The notes: generated from the letters alone by a model not told the origin. 63,574 nucleotides of DNA, filler included, from Collodictyon triciliatum (GCA_043381765.1; 9 parts of 9 records of this genome joined end to end with filler, not necessarily neighbours in it); one strand, 5' to 3'; counted from the first letter of the whole stretch, positions 22,684 through 38,772 are shown. Program-made: numbers and translations.

Positions 22684-25600
22684 ATGGTTGTCTCTTCAGT
22701 TACTGAAAAAACTGATGGAGAAGGCTCGACAGTCTACAACAGGGAGCCCAGCAGCAAAAAAGAGGGGCGAGACCTAATGCGCATGTCCCTGTCAAGCTCC
22801 ATCACGGGCGGGCTGGACGTGGCAGACCTTTCGTCTGTGTGGAACAGAAATGCCGGAGGAGACAACGACGCGCTCATTACCGAAGAGATAAAGGAAAAGT
22901 ATCGCATGGACAAGTGGCTCTGCTTCCTGGTTCTCCTCTTACTTTTTTTCTACAATTTGATTCAAGAACATCTGTTCTATACGTTTTGTTCCAGATTTCG
23001 TCCTCCTTATCTCTCCTTTTTTCCCCCTCTACCATCACTCTTCTCTCTTGTTCAGTCTCTTTCCTCCCCACAGTCTTTGGCTTACATAGAAACATGTCAA
23101 AAAAAACGGACGTACTGCGATTTAAAATATAAAAAATCAATACTATCTATGTATAGGACCAAGGCGTGGAAGAGGATTTTTTCGAGAAGTACTTTTACAA
23201 CTCAATCAAGACACACCGCGCATTCTGCTTGATTGCCCCGGGAATCTACGCTTTGTTTATTCTCCTCTCAATCTTCGGATACAATTTTCCTGTCCTGATT
23301 ATGCATTTCATTCTGGGAGGGGCCACTCTGGGAGTGTACTTTTACCTTAAAACAAAGTGAGGAAATTCTTTCATACTCGAATCTTTTCTGTAGTACTCCT
23401 TTCATTCTCTATCATGTTTTTTTATTTATCTTCCTTTTCTTTTTCTTTCCTTTTCTTTTCCTTTCCTTAATCTTTTTCATTTTCATTTTCATTTTCATTT
23501 TTATTTTCATTTTCATTTCTTTTTTCCTTTGAAACCATATTTGCATTATCAACTCAACGTGAAATCACCCAGGAATGCAAGGGATTACCAGCTACACCTC
23601 ATTTGTGGTATTGTTTTTTACCATGCCATCGGAGTTGGTATCGAAAGGCCTTTTGGAAGTAATGATATAGAACCTAGCTATTTGCAGATCAACAACGGAA
23701 GATCATTTGCAGTCTTTTACATATTCGTTCTGTACAGTGGAATCATGTCGCTTCGAATCACTGTTAAGGTGAGACCATTTGCTAAACCATTATTTTTTTT
23801 ATTATATTTCACAATGTGCACTTTCAAAGCAAACATCGCACTACTTTGAATCGAATAAAGGAAAAAAATAAAAAAGTGACTTTGAGTATATCTTGACTTT
23901 CTGATTAGATTATAGCGAAGATGTGGATTGGGATAATGATAAATTTCTTTGTCATCATCTCACTTCTTCGCTTAACTGAGCCGGAAGAGTATGCCGACTG
24001 TACTTTCTTCCTTGGGATTGTAACTATTTCCCTAGGCACCGCAGCTTATTCCACGGAGCTCGGAAACAGAAACCAAGAGGTTTGCGAGAATCACTTTCCA
24101 CGCTGTTCACCATGTTTATCTCCCTCAAAATCCATTTTAGACCTTAATACACTGTGCTTTTTTTAAAAAAAAATCCGGGTAACTATTGCCATATCCTCGT
24201 TCAAATTCTCTGTTCTATTTTTAACATGGGTTTTAGATGAGACGAGCAGCAGTCCTCCGCCACACTGAAGAGGTTGCTAAAGAGAAGATGATTACGGTGA
24301 GAAGCTCCTGGATAACTCATAGATTCTGATACTTGAATATTACCTCACAAATATAAAAAAAATTCTTCAACGTTCCAGGAGGTGGGTCTAAAAGTATACA
24401 TATATAGGAGAAACTTCTTCTGAACATTCTTCCAACCAAGATTGCCCGTCGACTAATGGACGGAGAGGAGGTTTTATGAAACACTTTTTCCTTCTATACT
24501 GCCTAGTGGTTGCCAAATCAACGCTCACGCACTATCCTCTCGCCCCTATAATTATTTTTTTTCCCTGACGTATGAGATACGCGATGAAACCCTATAAATA
24601 GTAACACATTCTCTTATTATAAGGTAATTGCAGACCAATATGAAAACGTCACAGTGTTGTTTGCAGACTTAGTGGGATGGACGGATATTGCGCGTTCGAT
24701 GAGCCCAGTTGAAAGCATCGAGCTTTTGAACGAGATAGTTTCCAATATCGACCGCCTTACATTGATGTACAAGATGGAAAAAATCAAGACTATCGGGGAC
24801 GGTAAGCTCCACCTTGTAACCCAGTTCATCATAATTTGGTCATTCGAAAACCCTCTTAAAGAAAAAAAGAAAAAGAAAAGAAAAGTCACACATTCATGGT
24901 CGGGTTTTAGGCTATCTTGTTGCCTGTGGCCTCCCAGAGCCTATGGAAGCGGCTTCCAGCTGTAAAGTAGTCGCCAACTTCGCGTTAGATGTAATCGACA
25001 TTGTGAGTAGAGTCATCAGATTGGTGCAGACTCACTTTCATTCAAAACACATCAATCCACTAATATTTAAAAACGATGTAAAAAGCTCCACACACTCTCC
25101 AAAAGCAAGAAAAGGACATTCCAGATGACCATTGGAATGCATACGGGTTCGGTCGTAGCTGGTGTTATAGGTTTGTTGAAACTTTTTTTTTGTTCTAACA
25201 TACATTCCCTAGATAAAAAAAGGGGAAGATTTTATCCCAATTACGAATAGAGGCCAATCAATTATACATTTTGCATGGTTTATCCATTTTCAAATCTCTT
25301 TGGCTCGGATTCCTCTCTTCATTTACTTTTCCTTTTTTAATATCATGTATCAACCGTGTCACAGGGAAAACAAAATTCCTGTACGACCTATGGGGTGATT
25401 CCGTTAACACAGGTAATTCACAGCATTGATATGCTTAATTTTTAAGAAAGCCATCGTGCAACAAATTCCATTCAGAAAAATATTAATCAAGTGTATCCTT
25501 CAGCAACTAAGACGCAGTGTATTTTACATTACATTAGCAAGTCGCATGCAGTCACATGGAGACACAAACCGAGTCCATGTGACGTCTCGTGTATATGAGC

Positions 25601-28600
25601 TGCTGAACGGTGAATACGAATTCGAGAAGCGACCTATCATGGAGATTAAAGGAAAAGGCGAGATGCAAACATACTTTCTACTAAAACGGTGAGCAGACAC
25701 TTATTAGATATATAGTCTTATTGTTAACAATCGTCGTTGCCTGAAACATTAATTATTTTTTAATAAAAATAAACAACACCATTGCAAATAGTTTTTGAAA
25801 AACGATTCAAATATTAACAACTCTAAAAATCTCATACAGCAACAAACCCAATAATGAGGGCCAGATCCAAAGCGGGCTGGTTGATGTTAGACTCACACAA
25901 AACCACGAAGGTTTTCCCTTTTGCTAATCTACTAAAGCTTCCACATTAGTGACATCAATAATATATTCTCTATCAACGATGTATTCAATGGGAATCATCA
26001 AATTTACTTCTTCTACACATATATTTCCGTATGATACCCTCTACTCACTCCACATGTGGTTTGCATATTAAGCTTACCAAGCAACACACATATATTGTCA
26101 CCAAAATCCAGAACCCACTGAAAAGATGCCGCAAAGAATTGAGGTCAAAGATGAGAAGGCGGATAGTAAGATCTCTCGCAAGGACAAGAAGGCTCGCGAA
26201 GCGATTCAAAAAAAGAACCAGGAACTTGACGAACAACTAGACTCTCAGATAAAGTCGAGTTGGAGCATTTTAAGTTTTGTGGACAAAACTTTGGAGGAGA
26301 AGTTTCGTAGCACGCAAGACTTGATTGTGCAGGACAGAATGTTGATTTTCACACTATTTCTTGTGTTTATTGAGTTGATTGCAGGATTGGATATCTATGC
26401 GTTCGATGGAGACCGCATACATGTCTACTATATGGTTTTTGGACCATGCGCCTGTGTGCAGGTAAAGAATTCAGTGTTTCAATTAAAGATGATGTAGTCA
26501 ATTATATACCATGGTTTCTAATGGACTTTTTATTTTTATTTTTATAATTGCTGATGATGATGCAGTATAGAGTTAATATAATGTATGTACTTTTTCTTAA
26601 AAATTATAAAAAAAATGTGTCTAGGTTGTGAATGCAATCGTGGCGTACTATGCCCCAACCAGTTCTATGGGGCTCAGTACATTCAACCTTATCATCAATC
26701 GACTCTCGATTATAGTATTGTATGGGTACTATCGGTAATAATATGATCAATTCTTTGAACAGATACGTCTTAGTTACAAATTAACCATCAAAATAAGTTA
26801 AAATGATAAACACTTACTCCCCGACACTCCGATACCATAGACAGAGAGGGGCACGAAATATCCTTTCTATGAATCTCATGGTCTTTTAGTAGCATTTTAA
26901 ACTGACAATATTTTTAGACAAATACTAATATCTTCTGCTATTTTTTTGTAGCCAATCAGAATCTACTGCCATGAGATTCATATATTTTCTCAATGCCATG
27001 ACCATGGTTGTTACATACAATTCATCTCAAGTTCCATATCGTATTGTACGCCGTATAGAGTGGACAACATGGTTCCTCTACGTTGTAAGTCGAATTAATC
27101 ACTTTCTTGGATTGATTTTACAACAAGATGGCTTAAATAACCGTTTCATAAGATAAATCCACATGAATTCAATTTCTCTCAAGTTGCATTCACATGTGCA
27201 AGATTTTCTTATAATAAAAGTTTTCATTTTTACTACACATCGAATACTTTCACGTATCTTTTTTTTTTATCACATTCCAATATCGAAAATTAATATTCAC
27301 TCATATCAGCTGGTGATGTTGGGCGTAAATGGAAGTATCGGACTCGATAACGCTTCTACAATCATGTACCTGGGTCAATGTTTTTATGGACAAGAAACTT
27401 GCAAACATGTTGAGAAACAATCAAGGTTTGTAAAATAATATTGCTGATTTCTTTTCTTTTAAAAAGCAAGGCAAATATCTTGAAGATGAATTTCTCTTGC
27501 AGAAGATGATTAATTCATTAATTAATTCATGTTTCATTCATTCATTTTAAATTTAGGCGCGAGTTTCTTCTTTCAGAGGCAGCTGAAGCGGAAAGGATAA
27601 AGGTTATCAAACAGAGAGAAGAGTCTGAGCGGTTGTTGCGTAAGCTAAAAATATTTGTATAGCCTCGCATAGTTTTGAAATATTTACACTTTCACTATGA
27701 TTGTGAGGATTTTCCCCATATTGATGTTACATGTTAACCAAATAGATAATATCCTTCCGGAATCACTTATAAACAGACTTCGAGACGGCAGTGTGAAGTT
27801 GATAGATACATACGAGACTGCCAGTGTAATGTTTGCAGATATTTGCGGGTATGTAATCTTGTTGAAAAGCTTATCTGAGCTTCAAAGTGATTAACGGCGA
27901 CAATTAATTAAAATAATTTCCTTGATTTTTTCTTTTAGTTCTCAATATAATTTTAATCTATTTCGCTAGATTTACAGTGCTTTCATCTAAACTGGATGCC
28001 TCATCAATTGTTAAGATGCTGAATGGAATGTTCTCTCAAGTGAGCGAATAAAAAAAATCTACTGTGCAAATATAATCCTCTTTCATGGATGGATGGCTTT
28101 TTATTTCATTCGGTCAATATTTTGCCTTATAGTACCGAATAAATTCCATAAAATTTGAGGTATAACCGCACCAAAATAATAGGTTGATGAAGCAGCTGAG
28201 CGATTAGGGATGGAAAAAATCAAAACAATCGGTCTGTGATGTAACTTATCTTCTCATTTGTTCATTCTCACACTTGATACCCATGTGTGGTTTCACACAA
28301 AAAACGCAAAACTCTAAATGTTATTTTTTGAAAAATTATTTCGGTTCGCTTTGAGTGCCTTCCGCTTCACTTTTCTTCTGGCTTTCGAGGTGCTTATATA
28401 TTTAAATTTTATCCAGGTGATGCGTATATGGTTGTTGCAGGGCTCCCATATCCCCGTCCAGACCATGCAAAGGTTACATAATATTGTTGTTATTTCTAAT
28501 CGGATGTAATCTGACCACCAAAGTTACAACAATTGAAATATTCTCAGTACTGCGATGAGAAAATACCTTTTCATTTTGTTCGTCATTTATTTTTTTTTTT

Positions 28601-28801
28601 ATAAGTTCTTTGCTTGGAAACTATGGTCTTAATAAGTTTTTGGATAATAGGTTGCAGTAATGATGGCACTGGAAATGGTCCGAATTGTGCAAAGTCTGCC
28701 TGATGTTCAAGGATTGAAAGTCAATGTGCGCATTGGAGTACACAGCGGACCAGTCGTAGGCGGGATGATTGGCGCAAGCAAGATGGTATGAATCTGAGGG
28801 A

Positions 28802-28875
<74 letters not shown>

Positions 28876-29182
28876 ATAATCCGATCTACTTACCCCTCAT
28901 GAATCCTTTAAATGATTGTAGTGCCTTCTGACTAATGTGGGCCTTTTTTAAAAGGTTTTTGACATCTGGGGTGCCAATGTGAATGTAGCATCCAAGATGG
29001 AGTCGAGCGGGTCACCTGGATGTGTGAATGTCTCTCATGTCACGAAAAACTTGATTGGAGATTGCGCCGAAATTGAATTTGAGAAGCGTGACAAGACCTA
29101 CAAGTATGGAGACCAAAGCTACGAGCTTTATTTTGCTCGGCCAGCCAATAGTCAAGTGAAAGGGAGTGCCGGAGATTGGTAG
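22684..29182 (+). CDS. Class III membrane adenylyl cyclase, TM-C1-TM-C2 architecture; multi-exon
   Basis: Two hydrophobic exon clusters each followed by LLxNILP and a cyclase domain. C1: LFADLVGWT, EKIKTIGDGY, IGMHTG, YDLWGDSVNTASRM. C2: MFADICGFT, EKIKTIGDAY, IGVHSG, FDIWGANVNVASKM. Phase-compatible linker exon 25840-25910 joins the halves. Confidence 0.88.
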
Positions 29183-30753
29183 GCAGCCACGATGCGAAGG
29201 AAGAATCCAAAGTCTGCAGCAACTTTATGATTTAGTGTCAATGCTCTATGAAATTGCCTCCTTTTCCCATGCGACAGGAATATTTGCAGCTCACTTTGAA
29301 ATGGGACTCCTTGAACAAATAGCTACCCTTCAGGCTCCTGCCTTTCTTCTGGCTGCTTTATAATATTCCTGGTGTGCCCACCAACGCCTACTTCCTCTTC
29401 TTACTGCACACATACCTTTTTCTTCCTATTTCGCCAGCATATCTTTCAAGATTCCGCAGCCAGTGCAGGAAAATTATAAATCTTAAATCACCCAGGGGCA
29501 ACACACTATTGAGTTAAAATAAAATAAAAAGTTAAAAAAACCTCTGTGGAGCGGGTCGGGCACCTGGTTTAAATATTCTCAATACATGCGCACCAATTAT
29601 GCGACCTTGCTTCGTGCAAACGACCCAGTGCCCCTCAGGTTGGCTGCAACATTCTCATTCAGCCAAGTTATAGAGTAAATGAATCGAGCCCATAATGTTC
29701 CGTGTGATTCAACGAACTGGATGACTTCAACTGTGTCTTATCGCTCTCTGTATCTGTCTCTCAAACCGCGGGCTCTGTGCACTCGTTCCAACCAGGAAGC
29801 ACTCTCAGATATCAAACATACCATCACGTTCATACCGATATACTAAATACACATTAGACAAGCCATGATATGGGTCCAATACGAACATTCGCTTGATTTT
29901 CACAATGAAATGATTATACGCATCGTAATTAAAGATTCACAGGCGGGCATTTCCAACCCTTGTGCTGGAATGGAAAAGCGCCTGGGATTTCCGTAGACAC
30001 ATGAAGTTATGGTTATATTGACATTCCCACAAAAATTACACCATAAGCGGAAAACACAAGATGCTCGAAGTAACGCACCGATTTCCCCGCGATTTTCCCC
30101 ACACGAAGCCGTCACAAGACCGAGCACCTCCAGGTACATAAGTCCTATGGCACAAATCCCCTCGTCAAACAAAGACAGCTTCCTTGCGTTTCCTTCAACG
30201 CCAACTGCAATTGCAAACCCAAATGGCACATGCCACTGCCATGACCATCGGACAAACAGAGATCGCGAGTGAAAGGCAACGCCAAAAGATGTTGCACAAG
30301 ATGCAGCCAGATAAACCGCCCGGCCCGGCTGGACTTAACGCAGGCAGGTTGGTGAGGGTTGTCCCTGCCCTGCTTTCTGCAGTCTGGCCACATAAGAAAA
30401 AAGTAATTCGTACAAAACCTTAATCCAGTTCTTTGATCCATCCGGATAAACTTTCATACCTGCTTGGCAATTGTCTTACAAACAAACAAACAAACAAACA
30501 AGACCGATTTCCCTATCTATCAAGCGCTAAGCAACCTACAATATCTGCTTCACTTTCTTAATTCCCACCAGCCAAGAGCTGACATCATTAGGCACACGAC
30601 CTCAAACTATAACTACCCGATCATCTGACAAAAGAAAAGAATTACATAATTACACCTATACACACAACCAGCATCCACCCGAAAGCAGTGAGCGACTCAC
30701 GAAGGCGACCAAAACAGCGTCAGCCGCAAGTGACCATGAGCGCCACACCATCG

Positions 30754-30853
30754 NNNNNNNNNNNNNNNNNNNNNNNNNNNNNNNNNNNNNNNNNNNNTTA
30801 ATTAATTAANNNNNNNNNNNNNNNNNNNNNNNNNNNNNNNNNNNNNNNNNNNN
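30754..30853. other. Artificial scaffold-joining linker
   Basis: N44-TTAATTAATTAA-N44. Confidence 0.97.
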
Positions 30854-31068
<215 letters not shown>

Positions 31069-31619
31069 CACTTCTCCGATTTCGAGCAATTCTTTGTTTC
31101 TCAATCCAAATTCATATTTATCTTCATCTTTGCATCGTCACGGAATAGAAACACGGAATCAAGTATCAGTTTTATTGGTTATGAGCCAACAACAACAGCC
31201 AGGATAGTCAGAAAAGAGGTTGGTTTAATTGGAGACGAGCCAATATGGTGATATATCTTACTCTTTTGCTCATCATTGAAAGAATAATAAACACCATCAC
31301 AACGTGTTCTAAGTAAGTGGAATTACAAATGATTCGTCATAGTCTGTGCAAGGGTCATCCGGCCGGCAGAGTCATGGTCTTCCAGTTGTTCCTCCTTACT
31401 CAACAGATTCCTCAATTTTTACCACAGTATCGGATCCAACTCGAGAGGGAAAAGTGCGCGTGCAATATTTACAATTTTATTTTATCTGCTTCACGCTTTT
31501 TTTTTAAATTTTTTTGATACTATTGCACGCCGTTGCTTCTGATATCGTTTTCCCCCACTCAATACGCAATACGAGACATCATATAGATAAAATACATTGA
31601 CTTTCCTTTTGCGGCTTAG

Positions 31620-32729
<1,110 letters not shown>

Positions 32730-33644
32730 GTTGGTTTTTCTTCTGAACGTTCTGTGTTTTTTTNNNNNNNNNNNNNNNNNNNNNNNNNNNNNNNNNNNNN
32801 NNNNNNNNNNNNNNNNNNNNNNNNNNNNNNNNNNNNNNNNNNNNNNNNNNNNNNNNNNNNNNNNNNNNNNNNNNNNNNNNNNNNNNNNNNNNNNNNNNNN
32901 NNNNNNNNNNNNNNNNNNNNNNNNNNNNNNNNNNNNNNNNNNNNNNNNNNNNNNNNNNNNNNNNNNNNNNNNNNNNNNNNNNNNNNNNNNNNNNNNNNNN
33001 NNNNNNNNNNNNNNNNNNNNNNNNNNNNNNNNNNNNNNNNNNNNNNNNNNNNNNNNNNNNNNNNNNNNNNNNNNNNNNNNNNNNNNNNNNNNNNNNNNNN
33101 NNNNNNNNNNNNNNNNNNNNNNNNNNNNNNNNNNNNNNNNNNNNNNNNNNNNNNNNNNNNNNNNNNNNNNNNNNNNNNNNNNNNNNNNNNNNNNNNNNNN
33201 NNNNNNNNNNNNNNNNNNNNNNNNNNNNNNNNNNNNNNNNNNNNNNNNNNNNNNNNNNNNNNNNNNNNNNNNNNNNNNNNNNNNNNNNNNNNNNNNNNNN
33301 NNNNNNNNNNNNNNNNNNNNNNNNNNNNNNNNNNNNNNNNNNNNNNNNNNNNNNNNNNNNNNNNNNNNNNNNNNNNNNNNNNNNNNNNNNNNNNNNNNNN
33401 NNNNNAAAAAAATAATGGTCCTGTGGAGAATGGGGATGCACGTTCTTTTTTTTCTCCCTCTTGCCAAATCACATATAATAAAAAGTTGATTACTCATCAT
33501 CATTTGGCAGCTGCCCAAGTTCGTTCATAGAGGAGTCTGACAAGTCCAATGTCACGAAAAAAAAAGAACACTTCCCTTTTATTACATCACACTGCTTTCT
33601 TTAGCCTCCAACCATACGTAGCGTGGCAGTTTAAGAATTATTAT

Positions 33645-36600
33645 TTATTCGTTATCGTCGCTCTCTTCCTCCTCTCCGTCCTCTTCTTCGTCTTCACCTT
33701 CTTCATTTTCATTCATGCCATCGTCTTCGTCGTCTTCATCATCTCCTTCACCTGCGTTTTCCTCTTCTTCGTCTTCATCATTTCCATCATTTTCGCCTTC
33801 GTTTTCATCTTTGTCTTCATCATTTCCATCATTTTCACCTGCGTTTTCCTCTTCTTCGTCTTCATTGTCATCTTCATTTTCGCCTTCATTTTCCTCTTCT
33901 TCGTCTTCATCATTTCCATCATTTTCACCTGCGTTTTCATCTTCGTCTTCATCATTTCCATCATTTTCACCTGCGTTTTCCTCTTCTTCGTCTTCATTTT
34001 CGCCTTCATTTTCCTCTTCTTCGTCTTCATCATCTTCAATGTTTCCATCCTCGTCATCATCTTCGTCATCAACATCAACTTCTGTTTGACTTTCATTCAT
34101 ACCATCGTCATCATCATCATCATCATCATCATTTTTCTCTTCGTAATCATTTCCATCATCATCATCGTCATCATCATCATCACCATCAAGAACTTCTATT
34201 TGACTTCCATTCATACCATCGTATTCAGTTACATCTTCACCTTCGCTGTCTTCATCATTTCCTCCATTTTCACCGCCATTTGCTTGTGCATCCTCTGCTT
34301 CGCTGACCTCCCCACCCGATTCCTCAACTTGTTCTTCGTCGCTACCATTCTTCACTTCATCTGTCCCTGCTTTTGTGGAATTAATTAAACAATACGGTTG
34401 TTAGTTCAACACATATATGAAGTGAAGTCATCACTTTCTTTTGTGTCTTCACGATTAGGTCTACCTTCATCGGCAGCTATCTCCAGTGAGATTTGCTTTT
34501 TTGCCTTCTCAACATTTCTCAGAGCAATCTAATATATGTAAGTACAACATGTGTCACAGGGTTGGGAGAGAAAGCAAAAGCAAAAGCAAAAGCAAAAGCA
34601 AAAAAACACGTGCAGGAAGAAAGCTTATCGACTGCATGCCTGATTCAGGGCAAGTATGATTCGCCCTTGCAGACGCATCACTTTCTTTGATGTCTTCACA
34701 CGATAGCGAAGCATTTCGGTGATTTCCTGTGTCGCTTTTTCAACTAGGTCATGGTGTGGTGTACTGGATGATAGGAACGACAGAAAAACAATGTAAGGAT
34801 GTGTCACAACGTATTGGTGAGTACAGACNNNNNNNNNNNNNNNNNNNNNNNNNNNNNNNNNNNNNNNNNNNNNNNNNNNNNNNNNNNNNNNNNNNNNNNN
34901 NNNNNNNNNNNNNNNNNNNNNNNNNNNNNNNNNNNNNNNNNNNNNNNNNNNNNNNNNNNNNNNNNNNNNNNNNNNNNNNNNNNNNNNNNNNNNNNNNNNN
35001 NNNNNNNNNNNNNNNNNNNNNNNNNNNNNNNNNNNNNNNNNNNNNNNNNNNNNNNNNNNNNNNNNNNNNNNNNNNNNNNNNNNNNNNNNNNNNNNNNNNN
35101 NNNNNNNNNNNNNNNNNNNNNNNNNNNNNNNNNNNNNNNNNNNNNNNNNNNNNNNNNNNNNNNNNNNNNNNNNNNNNNNNNNNNNNNNNNNNNNNNNNNN
35201 NNNNNNNNNNNNNNNNNNNNNNNNNNNNNNNNNNNNNNNNNNNNNNNNNNNNNNNNNNNNNNNNNNNNNNNNNNNNNNNNNNNNNNNNNNNNNNNNNNNN
35301 NNNNNNNNNNNNNNNNNNNNNNNNNNNNNNNNNNNNNNNNNNNNNNNNNNNNNNNNNNNNNNNNNNNNNNNNNNNNNNNNNNNNNNNNNNNNNNNNNNNN
35401 NNNNNNNNNNNNNNNNNNNNNNNNNNNNNNNNNNNNNNNNNNNNNNTAAACAATATTGTGCATAATTACATGAAAATTGTCCTGCTCTGAAAATTTCATG
35501 CAATACGGGATGAGATCTTCTGGAGACTCCTTGGCCAGGGAAAGAGTTTTCTTTTTTGGCGCCGTTGAAATGCGTGAAACAATCTTTTTGAGCTACAACA
35601 ACAATAACAACAGTTAATGAAATAAGCCATTTGGCAGCGTTATACGATGTAATTCTGCATTTCTGTTTTCTTCGTATTCTAATTCTTTTTTCTTCCAAAA
35701 GGCCAGAGAACTCACTTTCTCTGTCGTAGAGGCGATAGATGCCGCTTCCTTCTTTTCGATCGGCAAATTTTCGATTTTGCGCTTATTCTGTGTGGCTGTC
35801 TCTTTCGCTGTTGGAGTGCTCGTTTCAGTTGTTTTCATAGTCCCTGTCGTATCAGACTCTGCGTTTTTCGCTAGCTGTGTCAATAACTCGGGCTCACTTG
35901 ATTCGGGCTCCGCTATTAGTTTCAATGGAAATAAATGTGTAATATTGCGAGCAAAAAAATAAAATACAATATGAATCGGATATGATTACTCCCTCTCCCC
36001 TCGTCAGTGGTAGGCTTATAAAATAAAAAGGAGCAAAGATACATGAAAATCTTTCTTTCATTCATTGGAGAAATGAAGGAAACACACATACGTTTCTTTT
36101 CGGATTTAGCTTCGGATGCTGGCGTGAGTATCTATGTTACGGACAGGTCACCAACAAACAGGAACGCATTTTAACCAAATTTTACACTCAAACGAATCAT
36201 AATGTTTTGTCTATGGTATACCAGTTACTATCTTTCATCGATGATATTACTTTATTTTACGAATCTTATTTACATTTTGACTGCTCAAAATCAGCGGGAG
36301 TATTACAGGGTTCCCTTTGGAAATAATAGGTACCGTTTGGATCAACAGGTCAGTTTTCTAGAGTAATATAATTTCGAAAAAAATACCTTAACTAAAAAAA
36401 AAAAAACAACAACGATAGATATAAAGGATAGGATATCTGATATAATTCTCAATTAGCATGGGAAAAATAACAGTGAGTATAAAATGAGATAAATTAGAGA
36501 TACACACAATGATTTCCAGAGTTGGATCATTGCTTGTCATGAAGATAATGCTCTCATCGGTGGCATGGGAGCAAAGAATCATGGGTGCTTTGATAGTAGT

Positions 36601-38488
36601 TTCTTCCCTTTTTTTAAAGTGAGTATTGGTTGTGATAACTCCGTCCGAGGGAGAAATACGTACTCCCACACAAAAGGCCTGACTTCCCTCAAGTGCTCCG
36701 AAGAAGAATTGAGAGTCTCCCTACAGCAGTTAATATCCTACGTTCGCTCGAGGGGACGGCATTGAGATCCTTACATTATTTGACAGGATACGCATGGAAA
36801 TACAACAGACCATTTTGACGCCGATCGGAACCAAACTGGATAACTCAAAAGGAAGGATGATGGCTTTTTATAAAAGATGAAGAGTTGTTGCAGTTAGTAT
36901 ACGCAGTCTTAGATTTAAAATAAGCAAAAATCTGTCATGATAAGAGTCGCATTATTAAAATTTCAATGACAATAACTAATATATTGGGTGAGTGTCCCGA
37001 GATAGTGTTTCATAATTAGGAATGAAAATTTTAAATATATCATCACACTAAATGCCTACAAAATGTGTGAATTTTAATATCTTCAGTGTGTAAATTGCTG
37101 CACATGTGAAGCTGAGTTCCGACACCAAATATAATTAAATCTTTCGCTGGAGATCTTGTATAATGAGATATTGATTCTTGGCTTTGATATATGGGAATGG
37201 CCTATGTTAATCACGTATATCAATGATTGGAAAGTAATGATTGAATGTTATCCTTATGAAGCCCTTTTATTTTGGATAACACTATAATATTATAACCTTC
37301 TTCCAGCCGAATTGATAAAGATGTATTCCCTTTCCTATGCAAACAATGCGGTCCGTTCCCTCCAGTGAAATGATTGACTGTACGTCATTTACCAGGAGGA
37401 GACCCTGTCTATTGTTGCAGGGTGCACCGATTCATATTAGGTCCTTGCATCACAAACTAAAATCCGTATCTTCTCGTAGTCGATAATTGCACAAACTTTC
37501 TTAGACTCCCAGACTTTGAACACAGACTGATGACAAATCCCTCGGGATAGAGCAAGTTGACCGATTGGTTGCTGTCTGATACACTAACGGACAACGGCTG
37601 CGCACTAATGAAAAAGGAGCACAAGTCCACAGGGGGAAAAAACGACCAAAAATTAGAAATAATAAGCCCAGGTTCATAGTAAATCATTATGTATATAACC
37701 GGAAGGTGGAATGTTAATATTAAAAAAAAAAGCTTCACTTTTCACGATTTCTTCTTCTCGTTAGCTTATACTTCCAAATTGCCTTTCTGCGAGCAACATC
37801 AAACGCAACAAACAACCCGCCCTGGAATGCTACAAACAGCGGAGGGAACGGGCAGGGTTTGAATTTGTCCACCTATGAAGGCACATGTGTCAATGATCAC
37901 CGGCACCGAAAAAACAACACAAGCGCAAAGAACAAGTTGGTGTTTAAGATGTCCTTCACAACCTCATTTGCAAGAGAAAGCAAAGTAACAGCAAACAAAC
38001 AAACAAACAAACAAACAAACAAACAAACAAACAAACAAACAAACAAACAAACAAACAAACAAAACAATACATGCACTTAATACCAACAACAATTTTGTCC
38101 TTTATTCGAATCAAAGATAATACCAATAAGAACAATTATATTTATAACGATAACAACGAAAAAAAAACTACTTTTGTCTGTGACGTTCCCCAGGCAATAA
38201 CAACCGCTGGCATCCTTGAGAGCGGCCAGAGCTTCCTTGCGGGAGTCTGATCATTCTCGAGGGTGCTGTGCACAACAACGAATCCATTCAGGATGCTTGC
38301 GAGGTGGTTTCCATCTGGAGTGAAGCAGGCTTCTGGATACATTCTATTGATCTGTTTCAGCATATTAATCCCACAATACTCATGCTTTGCAACCATTCAT
38401 TCGCCGCTCTTTCCCGCTTGGCCTTGGGCGCTCTCAATGCAGCCACGGCGAGTGAGGCGACGTTCTTGTGTTGGCGAGATTTGCCCAT
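33645..38488 (-). CDS. WDR43/Utp5-like WD40 protein with Utp12-like domain and long acidic tail; spans an N gap
   Basis: N-terminal WD-like EACFTPDGNHLASILNGFVVVHS..VVIAWG; Utp12-like EMLRYRVKTSKKVMRLQGRIILALNQ (~34636-34720); ~240-aa D/E-rich C-terminus (33645-34355). Confidence 0.55.
33715..34060 (-). repeat. Coding minisatellite (DEDEEEEN[A/E]GENDGN-type units) in acidic tail
   Basis: Recurrent ttcctcttcttcgtcttcatcatttccatcattttc[a/g]cct units on the + strand. Confidence 0.75.
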
Positions 38489-38772
38489 TCCCTCACACAG
38501 ATTATTCGCAGCCCACAAAAGCAGATTCTTGGGCAAACTATATTCCACAATAGCTTATACTTACCGTATGTACTGTGTGTGAGTGCAGAACAAAGTCGAA
38601 ATAGGGGTTATTCTCTGAATCTAGTTCCCAAATGCATCGCAATCTGTTTCCTCTTTCACACAACCAAAGAAGGCATGGATGAACTGCATGCGACACAAAG
38701 AAACAGGGAACAAGTTTTCCGAATGTCCTCCCAAGCCCGAGGGTTTATTCCTCCAAACCGCACCGCCACAGT

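Noticed and set aside
30339-30373. GC-rich hairpin GCAGGCAGG...CCTGCCCTGC
   Set aside because: Single imperfect stem with no recognisable RNA family or element context.
33549-34388. Very hydrophobic 279-aa + strand ORF
   Set aside because: Antisense of the acidic repeat exon.
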